In this document: positions 38,175-47,117 of the stretch, piece by piece
Position numbering within the stretch: the stretch's first letter is position 1
Layout of the letters: each line of letters begins with the position of its first letter
The notes under the pieces: generated by a model
The model's database searches: none
What the model was told of the DNA's origin: nothing
Seen by the model: the letters and a program-made list of their open reading frames with translations, nothing else
Position numbers and translations under genes: made by a program
NCBI GenBank assembly: GCA_022729235.1
Contig: JALDAJ010000001.1
Coordinates: 768,001-832,000 of the forward strand
Reading direction: 5' to 3'
DNA: 64,000 nucleotides
From: Candidatus Nanohalarchaeota archaeon
GTDB lineage: Archaea > Nanohalarchaeota > Nanosalinia > Nanosalinales > Nanosalinaceae

Positions 38175-39948
38175 AGTACTCGCCTTTATCCCTTTGCTCC
38201 TTGTCTTTTTGCGAGTCTGGCTTGTTCGAGCGTGGTCTTCCGGAGTCCGGGTCTTTCCTGTATGTGATGCCGACTTCTTCCAGGAAGGAGTTCATCGCGT
38301 CTCCAATTCTCGAGGGTTCGGAAGATTTTCCCTGGATTCCGGGTTCGCCCTGGAATACAATTCCTCTATCGGAGATGTAGTCGAGGAGTAGGAGGTCGTG
38401 GTCAATCACCATCAGAGGTTTCTCTGTCTTCCTCGCGAACCTTTTCAGTGTCTTTCCAAGTTCCACTCTCGCCTCCACATCGAGATACGCGCTCGGTTCG
38501 TCCAGGAGGTAGACTTCTGCGTCCCTCGCCAGACAGATCGCTACTGCAACTCTCTGCAGTTCTCCGCCGGATAGTTCCTGGAGGTTCTGTTCGTAGTATT
38601 TTTCGAGTTTCAGTGGCTCCGCTATCCTTGTCTTGAAACTCTGGTTTTCTGGGTTGACGTGTTTCCTCAGCGCTTCTTCAACTGTCTCGTCTTCTGGTTC
38701 AATGTACTGCGGCTTGTAGGAGATGTCTATGTCTGGTGATTCACCTTCATCCGGTTTTACGGCGCCGGCAAGCATCTTTGCGAACACGGTCTTACCGAGC
38801 CCGTTCTCTCCGAATATCGCCAGTATCTCCTCTTCATGTAGCTCTCCTTCACTGGTTTCAAGTTCGAACTCTCCTTTGCCGAAGTCTTTGCTGAAAGAGG
38901 GGTAATTGAATACTGTCCTGTTGTGTTCGACCTGTGACCTTTTCGTGCGGTCGAATTTGATCTCGCTGTCCCTGAAGCGGAGGTTGTGGGAGGGTAACAT
39001 TCCTTCGAGGTACTGGTTGATACCGTTTCTTGCGGTCATGGAGTTGGAGACCATCCCGTAGCTTCCTGAGTCGCCGTAGAAGATGTGGATGGTGTCCGCG
39101 ACGAGGTCCAGGGTGGCGAGGTCGTGCTCTACCACCATCACTGCTCGGTCTTCTCCCAGTTCCCTGATTTCGCGGGCGACACGTAAACGCTGGCTGACGT
39201 CGAGGAACGAGGAGGGTTCGTCTATCATGTATATATCGCGGTCTTTCAGGAGCGTGGATGCGATCGCCACGCGCTGCAGTTCTCCCCCGGAGAGCTGGTC
39301 GAGCTCCCTGTCAAGCAGGTGTTCTATGTCGAGTCTTTCAGCTATTTCTTCCACGCTGAGCCTTTCACGCGCATTCTCCAGAAGCTCTTTTACCTGTCCG
39401 TCGTATGCCTCCGGTATCGCCTCGACTTGCTGAGGTTTAAATGCCGCATCTACTTCATTGTTCGCGAGTTTTGTGAAGTGCTCCTGCAGTCCGGTTCCCC
39501 GGTACTTCTCCTGTATCTTATCCCAACCAGGAGGGTTCTCGTAGTCGCCGAGGTTCGGCTTAATCTTTCCCGCAAGTATCTCAAGCGCGGTCGATTTACC
39601 TATACCGTTCTCCCCCAGTATTCCGACTACTCGACCCTCCTCCGGTACAGGTAGTCCGTAAAGCCTGAACGAGTTCTCGGAGAACTGGTGCATCTTCTCG
39701 CCTTCTTCATGAGGCAGTTGCACAAGCTTGATCGCGTCCTCGTAGGGATACTTCTTTATCGCCATCCTGTGAGCTTCCATCACGTCTTCCTCGTCGATAT
39801 GTAGCTCCTCGTTCTCGATGTAGAAACCGCCTTCTTTACCGGCGCGGTTCAAAGGGTCGTAGTTGATAACTGTCTCTCTCGCGAGGTCCGGCTCGATCTT
39901 GTCCTGGTCTACAACGACGATGAATTTCTTCTGTTTTTCCGTCGGCAT
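38164..39948 (-). CDS. abce1: ribosome recycling ATPase ABCE1 (RLI) with cysteine-free N-terminal domain
   Basis: Two ABC cassettes (GENGIGKS, GENGLGKT, LSGGELQR x2); ITYRKD..SGRPR.NK..SQKD tail. Confidence 0.95.
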   Translation of the reverse strand: MPTEKQKKFIVVVDQDKIEPDLARETVINYDPLNRAGKEGGFYIENEELHIDEEDVMEAHRMAIKKYPYEDAIKLVQLPHEEGEKMHQFSENSFRLYGLPVPEEGRVVGILGENGIGKSTALEILAGKIKPNLGDYENPPGWDKIQEKYRGTGLQEHFTKLANNEVDAAFKPQQVEAIPEAYDGQVKELLENARERLSVEEIAERLDIEHLLDRELDQLSGGELQRVAIASTLLKDRDIYMIDEPSSFLDVSQRLRVAREIRELGEDRAVMVVEHDLATLDLVADTIHIFYGDSGSYGMVSNSMTARNGINQYLEGMLPSHNLRFRDSEIKFDRTKRSQVEHNRTVFNYPSFSKDFGKGEFELETSEGELHEEEILAIFGENGLGKTVFAKMLAGAVKPDEGESPDIDISYKPQYIEPEDETVEEALRKHVNPENQSFKTRIAEPLKLEKYYEQNLQELSGGELQRVAVAICLARDAEVYLLDEPSAYLDVEARVELGKTLKRFARKTEKPLMVIDHDLLLLDYISDRGIVFQGEPGIQGKSSEPSRIGDAMNSFLEEVGITYRKDPDSGRPRSNKPDSQKDKEQRDKGEYYEQ

Positions 39949-40047
39949 ATACAAAGAGGTATTATGAAGATTTATTTAGTTCTGGTTGTGGACCTAGTCA
40001 GATGGGTTTCCCGAAAGCAGATAAATGGAGGTGCTCCTTATTTGCAT

Positions 40048-40671
40048 ATGGAATTGGATATTAATGATACTCTAACTGATATCTATCATAAGGCTCAAGG
40101 GCTATCAGAGGAAGAGATTGCGGAACATATCGAGGAAGTTGTAAAAGATGCAATTGAGGAATTTGAAGATTATGGTTTAAAGTTTGAGGATCTCCCTGAG
40201 GTAGAGTACAGCCTTAACAAAGACGGTGCAGATTACAACCCTGATAAGGATAAGATCACGGTAGGTGTCCCTGCGGCGGACGGTGAGTATGTTAAACATC
40301 CTTTGAATGAGGAGGTTGATGAAGAGAAGGATAAGGGTCATGAGGATGTTTATAGGCTCTCTCTTGGAGATGTCCTACGGTACGGTCTTGGTCAAGCTGC
40401 AAGCAACCGTTTGATGGGGGATGACTCTGATGAATCTATTGACGAGGGAATCTGGCAGGCATTTCTCTACCATAATAATCAGGAACGGATGGGGTTCGAG
40501 GAATTCGTGGAAGAACGTAAAGAACAGTACAGAAGTAGAGGCTTGAAGGAGGATGTTTTTGAGGATGCTGCCGATATAACCTACGAACATCTAGAGGGAG
40601 AAGATGTTGACCTCAAAAATATTATTAAGACAGTTTACCATGATTTAGAGGATAATTTAGAGAAGGGGTAA
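40048..40671 (+). CDS. hypothetical acidic protein
   Basis: GGAGGTG upstream of ATG 40048. Confidence 0.65.
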   Translation: MELDINDTLTDIYHKAQGLSEEEIAEHIEEVVKDAIEEFEDYGLKFEDLPEVEYSLNKDGADYNPDKDKITVGVPAADGEYVKHPLNEEVDEEKDKGHEDVYRLSLGDVLRYGLGQAASNRLMGDDSDESIDEGIWQAFLYHNNQERMGFEEFVEERKEQYRSRGLKEDVFEDAADITYEHLEGEDVDLKNIIKTVYHDLEDNLEKG

Positions 40672-40725
40672 AGTTCGACCGGAGATGCTGATTAGAGAGG
40701 TATAAGGGAAAAGAGAGGGATGTAC

Positions 40726-41229
40726 CTACTCGAACGAGAGTTCGTAGTCAGTTCCGGTAACCCAGTTGATTATCTTCTCGAACTCGTCTGTTGATAGGTT
40801 GATCTTGCCCTCGTAGCTTTCATCGACTACTATCTTCTGGTGTTCTCCGTCCGGTTTGAAGACGGTGTTGATGGATTCTACTTCTGCGGGCGATAGCAGT
40901 CCTTTGATGACTTCCATATCGCTCTCTGCTGCCTCAACTACTCTTATCGATTTCTCTATCCTATCCGCCAGTTCTTTGACTATCTCCCCGTTTCTACCGA
41001 CGACCTTTGCACCATCACCCTCTGCAGTTATCACAGCTACCACGTTTTCCATGTCAAATACTTTCTTGATTTCTGAGTCTTTCAGGGAACCGTAGTCAGT
41101 GGAAAGGTCCTGGAGTATCCGGGAGATTTTGATGTCGATTTCGTCTATTTCTGCCTCGTCGAGCTTCTCCTCGCATCCTGAACAGAGCTGGTCGCTCTTG
41201 AGACATACGTTACAGATTGGAGCCTTCAT
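40726..41229 (-). CDS. NusA-like KH domain protein with N-terminal zinc finger
   Basis: PICNVCLKSD.LCSGC; VVGRNG KH loop; IRVVE. Confidence 0.8.
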   Translation of the reverse strand: MKAPICNVCLKSDQLCSGCEEKLDEAEIDEIDIKISRILQDLSTDYGSLKDSEIKKVFDMENVVAVITAEGDGAKVVGRNGEIVKELADRIEKSIRVVEAAESDMEVIKGLLSPAEVESINTVFKPDGEHQKIVVDESYEGKINLSTDEFEKIINWVTGTDYELSFE

Positions 41230-41288
41230 GTTTTAGCCGGCGCGTGCAACAATTAAATAAATGAGGACACTGCCATATTGCTTTCCGG

Positions 41289-41798
41289 CTAAATCTTGTA
41301 CAGCTGGTGGATAAGTCTCAAAGAGTCGTAAATCGCGAGTAGCGCGATGAACAGGACGCCGTAGAATAGGAAGTAAGGGTTGAAGCTGTACGCTACGAGC
41401 GCCAATGCAAGAACTATGAGGCGCCCTTCTCTTGCGATATCTGGTGAGAAGGTTTCCCTGAGAGACTGCTCTGTTTCCAACCGCAGTATTTCCGCGAATG
41501 CCACTGAGGCGAGTAGTATTGCTGCAGCGTACTTAGGGATAATCGGCAGCGATACCGCGCCCAGGAGAAGTATAAGCTCGTAAAGAGTATTTGAGGATAC
41601 CAGTGCAACTTTCATCTGGTCGGTTCTCCCGCTCTGCAGAGACGACTTTTCCGCTGATCTCATCAGTGCGAGAGCTGAAACAGTTGCTACTCCTGCCACT
41701 ACTCCGGTATATTCTGCCTGTGTCGTTAGAATAGATGCGGCGGAGAGAGCCAGTAATAGTACGCCGGCGAGTCTGAAGTAGAACTTGTTTCTTACCAC
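41289..41798 (-). CDS. membrane protein, possibly a degenerate CDP-alcohol phosphatidyltransferase
   Basis: About 6 TM segments; REGRL motif near C-terminus; catalytic aspartates absent. Confidence 0.45.
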   Translation of the reverse strand: MVRNKFYFRLAGVLLLALSAASILTTQAEYTGVVAGVATVSALALMRSAEKSSLQSGRTDQMKVALVSSNTLYELILLLGAVSLPIIPKYAAAILLASVAFAEILRLETEQSLRETFSPDIAREGRLIVLALALVAYSFNPYFLFYGVLFIALLAIYDSLRLIHQLYKI

Positions 41799-41872
41799 AT
41801 CTTAGGGACAGGTTTCCAGAGTTAAACATTTTTTCCTGCCAAAAACCAGGTTGGAAAGAAAATAAGTGAAAT

Positions 41873-42006
41873 GGCGAGGTCCTCCGCGGGGGGGAGGGGG
41901 TTGTGTTCTTGTGTTGCGGAGGGCCTGCCGGTGAATATAAATCAGAGGAGATCCCGGGCTGTTGGGGGGGAAGGGGTATTGTGTGAGCCCGTGAGGACCT
42001 CCTCCG
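41873..42006. repeat. two tandem hairpins with related C-rich loops (G-rich on + strand)
   Basis: Stems 41873-41929 and 41943-42006; minus-strand loops ...ACACAACCCCCTCCCCCC and CACACAATACCCCTTCCCCCCCAAC. Confidence 0.7.
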
Positions 42007-42073
42007 GTTGAAATATTGTTTTTACGAAAATCAGAGATTTCCTGGAAATCCAGAAAACCTCCGGTTTTCGCCT

Positions 42074-43144
42074 CTACTTCATGACTTCCAGTCCCAGGTC
42101 GTTGACGTCACCTGATACCTCTGTTTCGGTTTCCTCTTCCACGTCTCCGAGGATGTAAGGTGATTCAACCCCGGTTACGATGGATATGACCTGTATTTTA
42201 CCTTCAAGCTGTTCTTTCACTCTCGCACCCCATATCACCTGGGCGTGGTCGTCGAGGTTGCCCTGGACTGTCTGACCGACGTCGTTGATCTCGTTGAGCG
42301 TCAGATCCTGTCCTCCAGCTACATGGATTAGAGCTCCGTTGGCGTCCTCAAAGCTGACGTCAAGTAGTGGGTTGGATAATGCTTCGTGGATCGCTTCTTC
42401 TCCTTTGTTATTCGTATCTGATTCTCCGTATCCTACTACTGCTACTCCTCCCTGGTTCATCACTGCTCTTACGTCTGCATAGTCCAGATTGACGAGGGAC
42501 GGCTTGGAGATAGTTTCTGTAACGCCTTTTATCATCGTAGTTATGAGTTCATCCGCGACTCCGAACGCCTGGTCAAGAGGCATGTCGCCTGCGATGTCGA
42601 GCAGTCGGTCGTTTTCGATTACAATCGCGGTGTCGACATGCTGTCTCATCCGGTATAAGCCGTCTTCTGCCTTGGACATTCTTGCTCCTTCTATCTCGAA
42701 AGGCATTGTAACGGTTCCGATTACGATGCAGTCTTCTTTCTTTGCGATTTCTGCTAGTACAGGTGCGGCACCAGTACCTGTTCCTCCGCCAAGTCCGCAG
42801 GTTACAAAGACCATGTCTGCGTCAGCGAATAATTTTCTTAGTTCCGCACGGTTCTCTTCCGCGCTTCTCTCACCTTTTTGAGGGTGTCCTCCTGCACCGA
42901 GACCCTTTGTCAGGTCACGTCCGATGAGTATCTTTCTATCGGCGCTGGAAATTTCCAGGTGCTGTTTATCGGTATTGATAGCTACAGTCTCGGCACCGTC
43001 AACATTCTTTTTCTGGATGCGCGTTACCTGGTTGTTGCCGGCTCCGCCGACTCCTACAACCAATATTTTAGCATCTTTAACATCCTCTAGGTTAGAGGTT
43101 TTAGCCTGTTCTTGGGATTGCGTGTTGTTGATTATGGATTCCAT
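42074..43144 (-). CDS. ftsZ: cell division protein FtsZ
   Basis: [29 protein letters not shown]. Confidence 0.98.
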   Translation of the reverse strand: MESIINNTQSQEQAKTSNLEDVKDAKILVVGVGGAGNNQVTRIQKKNVDGAETVAINTDKQHLEISSADRKILIGRDLTKGLGAGGHPQKGERSAEENRAELRKLFADADMVFVTCGLGGGTGTGAAPVLAEIAKKEDCIVIGTVTMPFEIEGARMSKAEDGLYRMRQHVDTAIVIENDRLLDIAGDMPLDQAFGVADELITTMIKGVTETISKPSLVNLDYADVRAVMNQGGVAVVGYGESDTNNKGEEAIHEALSNPLLDVSFEDANGALIHVAGGQDLTLNEINDVGQTVQGNLDDHAQVIWGARVKEQLEGKIQVISIVTGVESPYILGDVEEETETEVSGDVNDLGLEVMK

Positions 43145-43223
43145 CTTGTATCGTCCTGCGCGATAGCTATGCCTAACCTTTTTAAACCGGCATAGGTAAT
43201 TCTACCTTAGAACAAACGCAATT

Positions 43224-43339
43224 GCCCAACTTACACGTATTCAAGCCCAATCGTCGATTCGAAGCCCAATTCGAATCATGTGATCCAACTCGCGCCCAAA
43301 CGAGTTCGATCCGAGTCGTTTCACGGCCCAACGTGAAAC
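43224..43339. repeat. five GCCCAA motifs, three in loops of perfect hairpins
   Basis: GCCCAA at 43224, 43245, 43264, 43294, 43326; stems GATTCGAA/TTCGAATC, AACTCG/CGAGTT, GTTTCACG/CGTGAAAC. Confidence 0.8.
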
Positions 43340-43430
43340 AATCTGAGCTTATACTAGTACATTTTCTAGCCCGGTTTATAAATGTTACTTCTGTATCGTG
43401 TTCTATCGATGTTCACGAGTTCTGAACACT

Positions 43431-43448
43431 AACTGTTCATGAACAGTT
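43431..43448. promoter_or_regulatory. perfect 18-bp palindrome upstream of gatC
   Basis: AACTGTTCATGAACAGTT, flanked by further GTTC(A) half-sites. Confidence 0.55.
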
Positions 43449-43500
43449 CATGCTACTGGTTTTGGAATGATACAAAAAGATTCGCTGTAACTCATGGTAC

Positions 43501-43779
43501 ATGGTCGATCAGGAGGAGGTTCAAGGAGTCGCGGAGAACGCACGGCTGAACTTGACTGAAGACGAGGCGGAAGAGTTTACCGAGGACTTCGAGTCGATCC
43601 TGGAGATGTTTGAGACCCTGGATCAGGTTGATACTGATGATGTGGAGCCGGCGTTCCATCCTGTCGAAGTGGAACCCGAGACCAGGGAGGACAGGAAAGA
43701 AGTTGGTCTTTCCCATGACGAGGTCTTCCAGAACACGGATAATGTGGAAGACAATAAATTCAAGGGTCCTTCAGTTTAA
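43501..43779 (+). CDS. gatC: Asp/Glu-tRNA amidotransferase subunit C
   Basis: VA.NARL.L...E, VDT.DVEP, RED, FKGP. Confidence 0.9.
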   Translation: MVDQEEVQGVAENARLNLTEDEAEEFTEDFESILEMFETLDQVDTDDVEPAFHPVEVEPETREDRKEVGLSHDEVFQNTDNVEDNKFKGPSV

Positions 43780-43782
43780 GGT

Positions 43783-44274
43783 ATGAAACTCGGAATAATC
43801 TCTGACACCCACGACAACCTCGACTTGACGCGTGAAGCTATAGATTTCTTTGAAGAACAGGAGACTGACGCAGTTGTCCATTGCGGTGACATGGTCGCGC
43901 CTTTTACTGCAGAGCTTTTCGACCGCGACAGCTTCGACTTCTACGCGGTCAGGGGTAACAACGACGGTGAGTGGAACCTGAAGTCGACTGTCCATGCGTT
44001 CGGCGAGTTTTTCAATAACGTGGCAGAGCTCGAGCTCTCCGGTAAGAGTATTGCGGTATATCACGGGACAGAAGAGTCTATCGTTGATTCCCTGGTTCTA
44101 TCCGGTGAGTACGATTACGTGCTCCGCGGACACACGCATGAGAAAAAATTGAGGGAGGAGAACGGTACTATAGAAGTTAATCCTGGCGGTATCAAGCTTC
44201 CTGGTAGTGAAGAGGAGTTCCACGTTGCCACGCTGGATCTGGAGTCGGGCGAGATAGAGTTTCATAAGGTGTAG
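43783..44274 (+). CDS. YfcE/MJ0936 family metallophosphoesterase
   Basis: ISDTHDN, HCGD, GNND, HG, GHTH, NPG. Confidence 0.92.
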   Translation: MKLGIISDTHDNLDLTREAIDFFEEQETDAVVHCGDMVAPFTAELFDRDSFDFYAVRGNNDGEWNLKSTVHAFGEFFNNVAELELSGKSIAVYHGTEESIVDSLVLSGEYDYVLRGHTHEKKLREENGTIEVNPGGIKLPGSEEEFHVATLDLESGEIEFHKV

Positions 44275-45421
44275 AGGTGTAGGATTCTTCAAGGAGTTCG
44301 ACCATTGAAACAGGAGGTCTGTTGCGCTCCTCCGGGTCTGCCTCTTCGAGTAGCTGTTTTAGATCTGCCTGGTGCTGCGCTCCTGCGATAACCCATATCT
44401 CATCTTCTCCAGCATCCCAGCTCTTTCTCAATGCCTTATTGTGCATGTATTTCGATCGTTCCCAGCTGACGATAGGGCGGAAGCCGCGTGAGGCTTTCTT
44501 GAACATGAGACGTTTCTTCTTGAGTTTCAGGATCTGGTTACGGTACCAATCTGCAACATGACCGGTCACACCTCGTGGGTTATAGTTTCTTGATGCCTGT
44601 ATCTTCTCGTTGAGAACGGTTTCTTGTTCTCTTACTTCGCCAAGTCTCTTGTCCCAGTAGTCCTGCCTGAAACGCAGCGGTAACTGCATGTCCTTGATGT
44701 AAGCCTGTGTTCTCGGGATCTCTCGCGGGTCGTTTAGACCCCGATAGGCGGATCTGACAGGTGTGATGGTTCTGCCTTCCCTATCCTGGCGTTCAGCCTG
44801 CTTGACAGCTGACTCTGCAATAGGTCCCAGAACGTGGTTTAAAAACGGTTTCATCAGGAACTTGACGCCTAGCCGTGCTCCCTTTCCGAACAACATGCCC
44901 TGGTCATCCAGCAATTTCCTGTCGTCAAGCTCGATGACTTGTTCGCTGTCCTCAAAATGATTGTTGAAAAGTACGTCATCGAACCCATCTTCTAGGTATA
45001 CCTGACCTCTGTCAGCCATTCTCTCAATTTCTTCTCTCAGGTAGTCCCTGGTTTCATCACCCATCTTAAGGAAACCCCGTTGCCCGTGCGGGATACCAGC
45101 CACGTTCAGATCTACGTCTAGGACCTGGTTTTCACGACTCATATGCAGGTTATACTGGTCGCAAGGCAGACTGTATGTGTCTGATAGAAGCGGTATCTCT
45201 CGATTTCTGAGCTTCCAGATATCCTCTTCTGCAGCTTGGAAAAGCTTACGTACTGATTCGAATTCGAAACCTTTCTGCCTGTAAATAGTTTCCAGATCGT
45301 CTAAATCGTTTGCCTCGCTGAAATCATTCTGCTGGAGTACAGGTTCTTCCCTTGATTCTATCTCCTCCAGTCCTGCCTCCTCTGGTTGCGAAGCACTTTC
45401 TAGAGTTCTGGTCTCTGGCAT
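44192..45421 (-). CDS. hypothetical protein, possibly divergent TraB/TIKI family
   Basis: GIPH, VYLE, ERSKYM and IAGAQH resemble TraB motifs; convergent overlap with the phosphoesterase gene. Confidence 0.5.
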   Translation of the reverse strand: MPETRTLESASQPEEAGLEEIESREEPVLQQNDFSEANDLDDLETIYRQKGFEFESVRKLFQAAEEDIWKLRNREIPLLSDTYSLPCDQYNLHMSRENQVLDVDLNVAGIPHGQRGFLKMGDETRDYLREEIERMADRGQVYLEDGFDDVLFNNHFEDSEQVIELDDRKLLDDQGMLFGKGARLGVKFLMKPFLNHVLGPIAESAVKQAERQDREGRTITPVRSAYRGLNDPREIPRTQAYIKDMQLPLRFRQDYWDKRLGEVREQETVLNEKIQASRNYNPRGVTGHVADWYRNQILKLKKKRLMFKKASRGFRPIVSWERSKYMHNKALRKSWDAGEDEIWVIAGAQHQADLKQLLEEADPEERNRPPVSMVELLEESYTSTPYETLSRPTPDPAWQRGTPLHYQEA

Positions 45422-45548
45422 GATACCATGGGCATCCCCGTACCTCAAATCTTAAATCGTTAATCGCTCTTAAACACGCTTTAAATCCCTTGCCGCGGCG
45501 GAACGTATGCAAATCTTCATTAGCATCAGGTACAACAGTTCACTAGGC

Positions 45549-45674
45549 ATGAAGATCAGGTGTCCAGAGTGCGGCGGTGAGATGAGCTGGGAAGGCTACC
45601 GCCCGTTATTCGCGACCTGCACTGAGTGCGGAGAAAGTTTCCACGTGGACGAGTGTGAAGTTTCCGGAGAATGA
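45549..45674 (+). CDS. CPxCG-type zinc-finger microprotein (41 aa)
   Basis: MKIRCPECGGEM...TCTECGESF; absent from the ORF track. Confidence 0.75.
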   Translation: MKIRCPECGGEMSWEGYRPLFATCTECGESFHVDECEVSGE

Positions 45675-45705
45675 ATTTTTAAGAGTCGCCGAGGATTCCA
45701 GAGGT

Positions 45706-47073
45706 ATGACTACTGTAAAAGATGTGATCGAAAACGGTCAGGAAGTAGACCACGACAAATTTCTGGAAGAACTACAGGAGAAGAACTCCGAGCTTAACTT
45801 CATGCGCGAGATAGAGCAGGGAAAGGAGAGGGGCGGTGACCTCAACGGCATCCCTTTCGTTGTGAAGGATGCTATCTGTACTAAAGACGTGACTACTAGC
45901 GCAGGCTCGAAGATAATCGAGGATTACCAGCCTGTTTTCGATGCTACAGTTGTTGACCGTTTGAAAGCCTCAGGAGCAAGGTTCTATGGTAAGACGCAGC
46001 AGGACGAGTTCGGTTTCGGATCTTTCTGCACCAATACCGCGTTCGAAACCCCGAGGAACCCTCACGACCCGGAACGTGTTGTTGGAGGTTCTTCAGGAGG
46101 CGCTGGAGCGGTCGTCGCGGCGATGGAGCATCCTGTTATCTCTATCGGCGAGTCTACGGGTGGTTCGATAACTAATCCTGCGGCTTACAACGGCGTCGTC
46201 GGCATTACACCTACTTATGGAAGGGTTTCTCGCCACGGTTTGATTAGCTACGCGAATTCGCTTGACAAGATAGGCGTGCTTGCGAAGACTGTTTTCAGCG
46301 CGGCTAAGGGTCTTGAAGTCATCGCTGGGCGTGACGGTAACGATCATACTACAGCGAGAGAGAAAGTGCCGGGTTACGCGGAGAACCTGCGAGAGGTTTC
46401 CGACCTGAAAATTGGCGTTCCCAACCAGTACATCGAACTGGAGGGTCTACAGTCCGGGGTGCATGAAAACTTCCAGGAGTCGTTAGAAAAGCTGGAGGAG
46501 GCTGGAGCTGAGGTCGAAAGAGTAGACATGCCGATGCTTTCCCGCGACTACTCGCTTCCCGCATACTATATCCTGGCGATGGCGGAGGCATCAACCAACC
46601 TGGCGAAGTTCTCTGGAATGCGCTACGGTCTTGAGCTTGATCCCGAGGACTTCAACGACTTCAACGAGTACTTCTCCTCAGTACGTTCCGAAGGATTCGG
46701 TGAGGAAGCGAAGAGAAGAATTCTGGTTGGAACCTACACTAGGATGGCAGGTTACCGTGATCAGTACTACCTGAAAGCCGCCAAGGTCAGGCAGAAGATA
46801 ATCGACGAGTTCAAAGAGGCGTTCAGAGAGTACGACGTACTTGCATCACCGTCCATGCCCAACATCGCTCCGAAGATTTCTGAGGCAGAGTCGATGAGCC
46901 CGACAGAGATGTACGCCATGGACACGCTTACCGTCGGTCCGAACCTTGCAGGTATGCCGATGGTATCCGTGCCGAACGGGAAAAGCAACGGGATGCCGAC
47001 CGGTCTACACCTGATAGGCGACCACTTCGAGGAGCAGAAAGTACTGGATGTGGCGTATACTTTTGAAAAATAA
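45706..47073 (+). CDS. gatA: Asp/Glu-tRNA amidotransferase subunit A
   Basis: VKD, GGSSGG, TGGS, PTYGRVSR, GFGEEAKRRI. Confidence 0.95.
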   Translation: MTTVKDVIENGQEVDHDKFLEELQEKNSELNFMREIEQGKERGGDLNGIPFVVKDAICTKDVTTSAGSKIIEDYQPVFDATVVDRLKASGARFYGKTQQDEFGFGSFCTNTAFETPRNPHDPERVVGGSSGGAGAVVAAMEHPVISIGESTGGSITNPAAYNGVVGITPTYGRVSRHGLISYANSLDKIGVLAKTVFSAAKGLEVIAGRDGNDHTTAREKVPGYAENLREVSDLKIGVPNQYIELEGLQSGVHENFQESLEKLEEAGAEVERVDMPMLSRDYSLPAYYILAMAEASTNLAKFSGMRYGLELDPEDFNDFNEYFSSVRSEGFGEEAKRRILVGTYTRMAGYRDQYYLKAAKVRQKIIDEFKEAFREYDVLASPSMPNIAPKISEAESMSPTEMYAMDTLTVGPNLAGMPMVSVPNGKSNGMPTGLHLIGDHFEEQKVLDVAYTFEK

Positions 47074-47117
47074 ATAATTTGCCGTCTTTAGAGTTCGATA
47101 GGGGCGTAGTTATACGA

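Noticed and set aside
41810-42070. Replication origin with ORB elements
   Set aside because: G-strings and TTCCAG/GGAAA fragments occur, but there is no clear repeated ORB and no cdc6/orc1 gene in the window.
43224-43339. GCCCAA array as a mini-CRISPR, or the 67-aa ORF 43222-43425 as a gene
   Set aside because: The repeat is only 6 nt with irregular spacing; the ORF has a TTG start and non-acidic composition.
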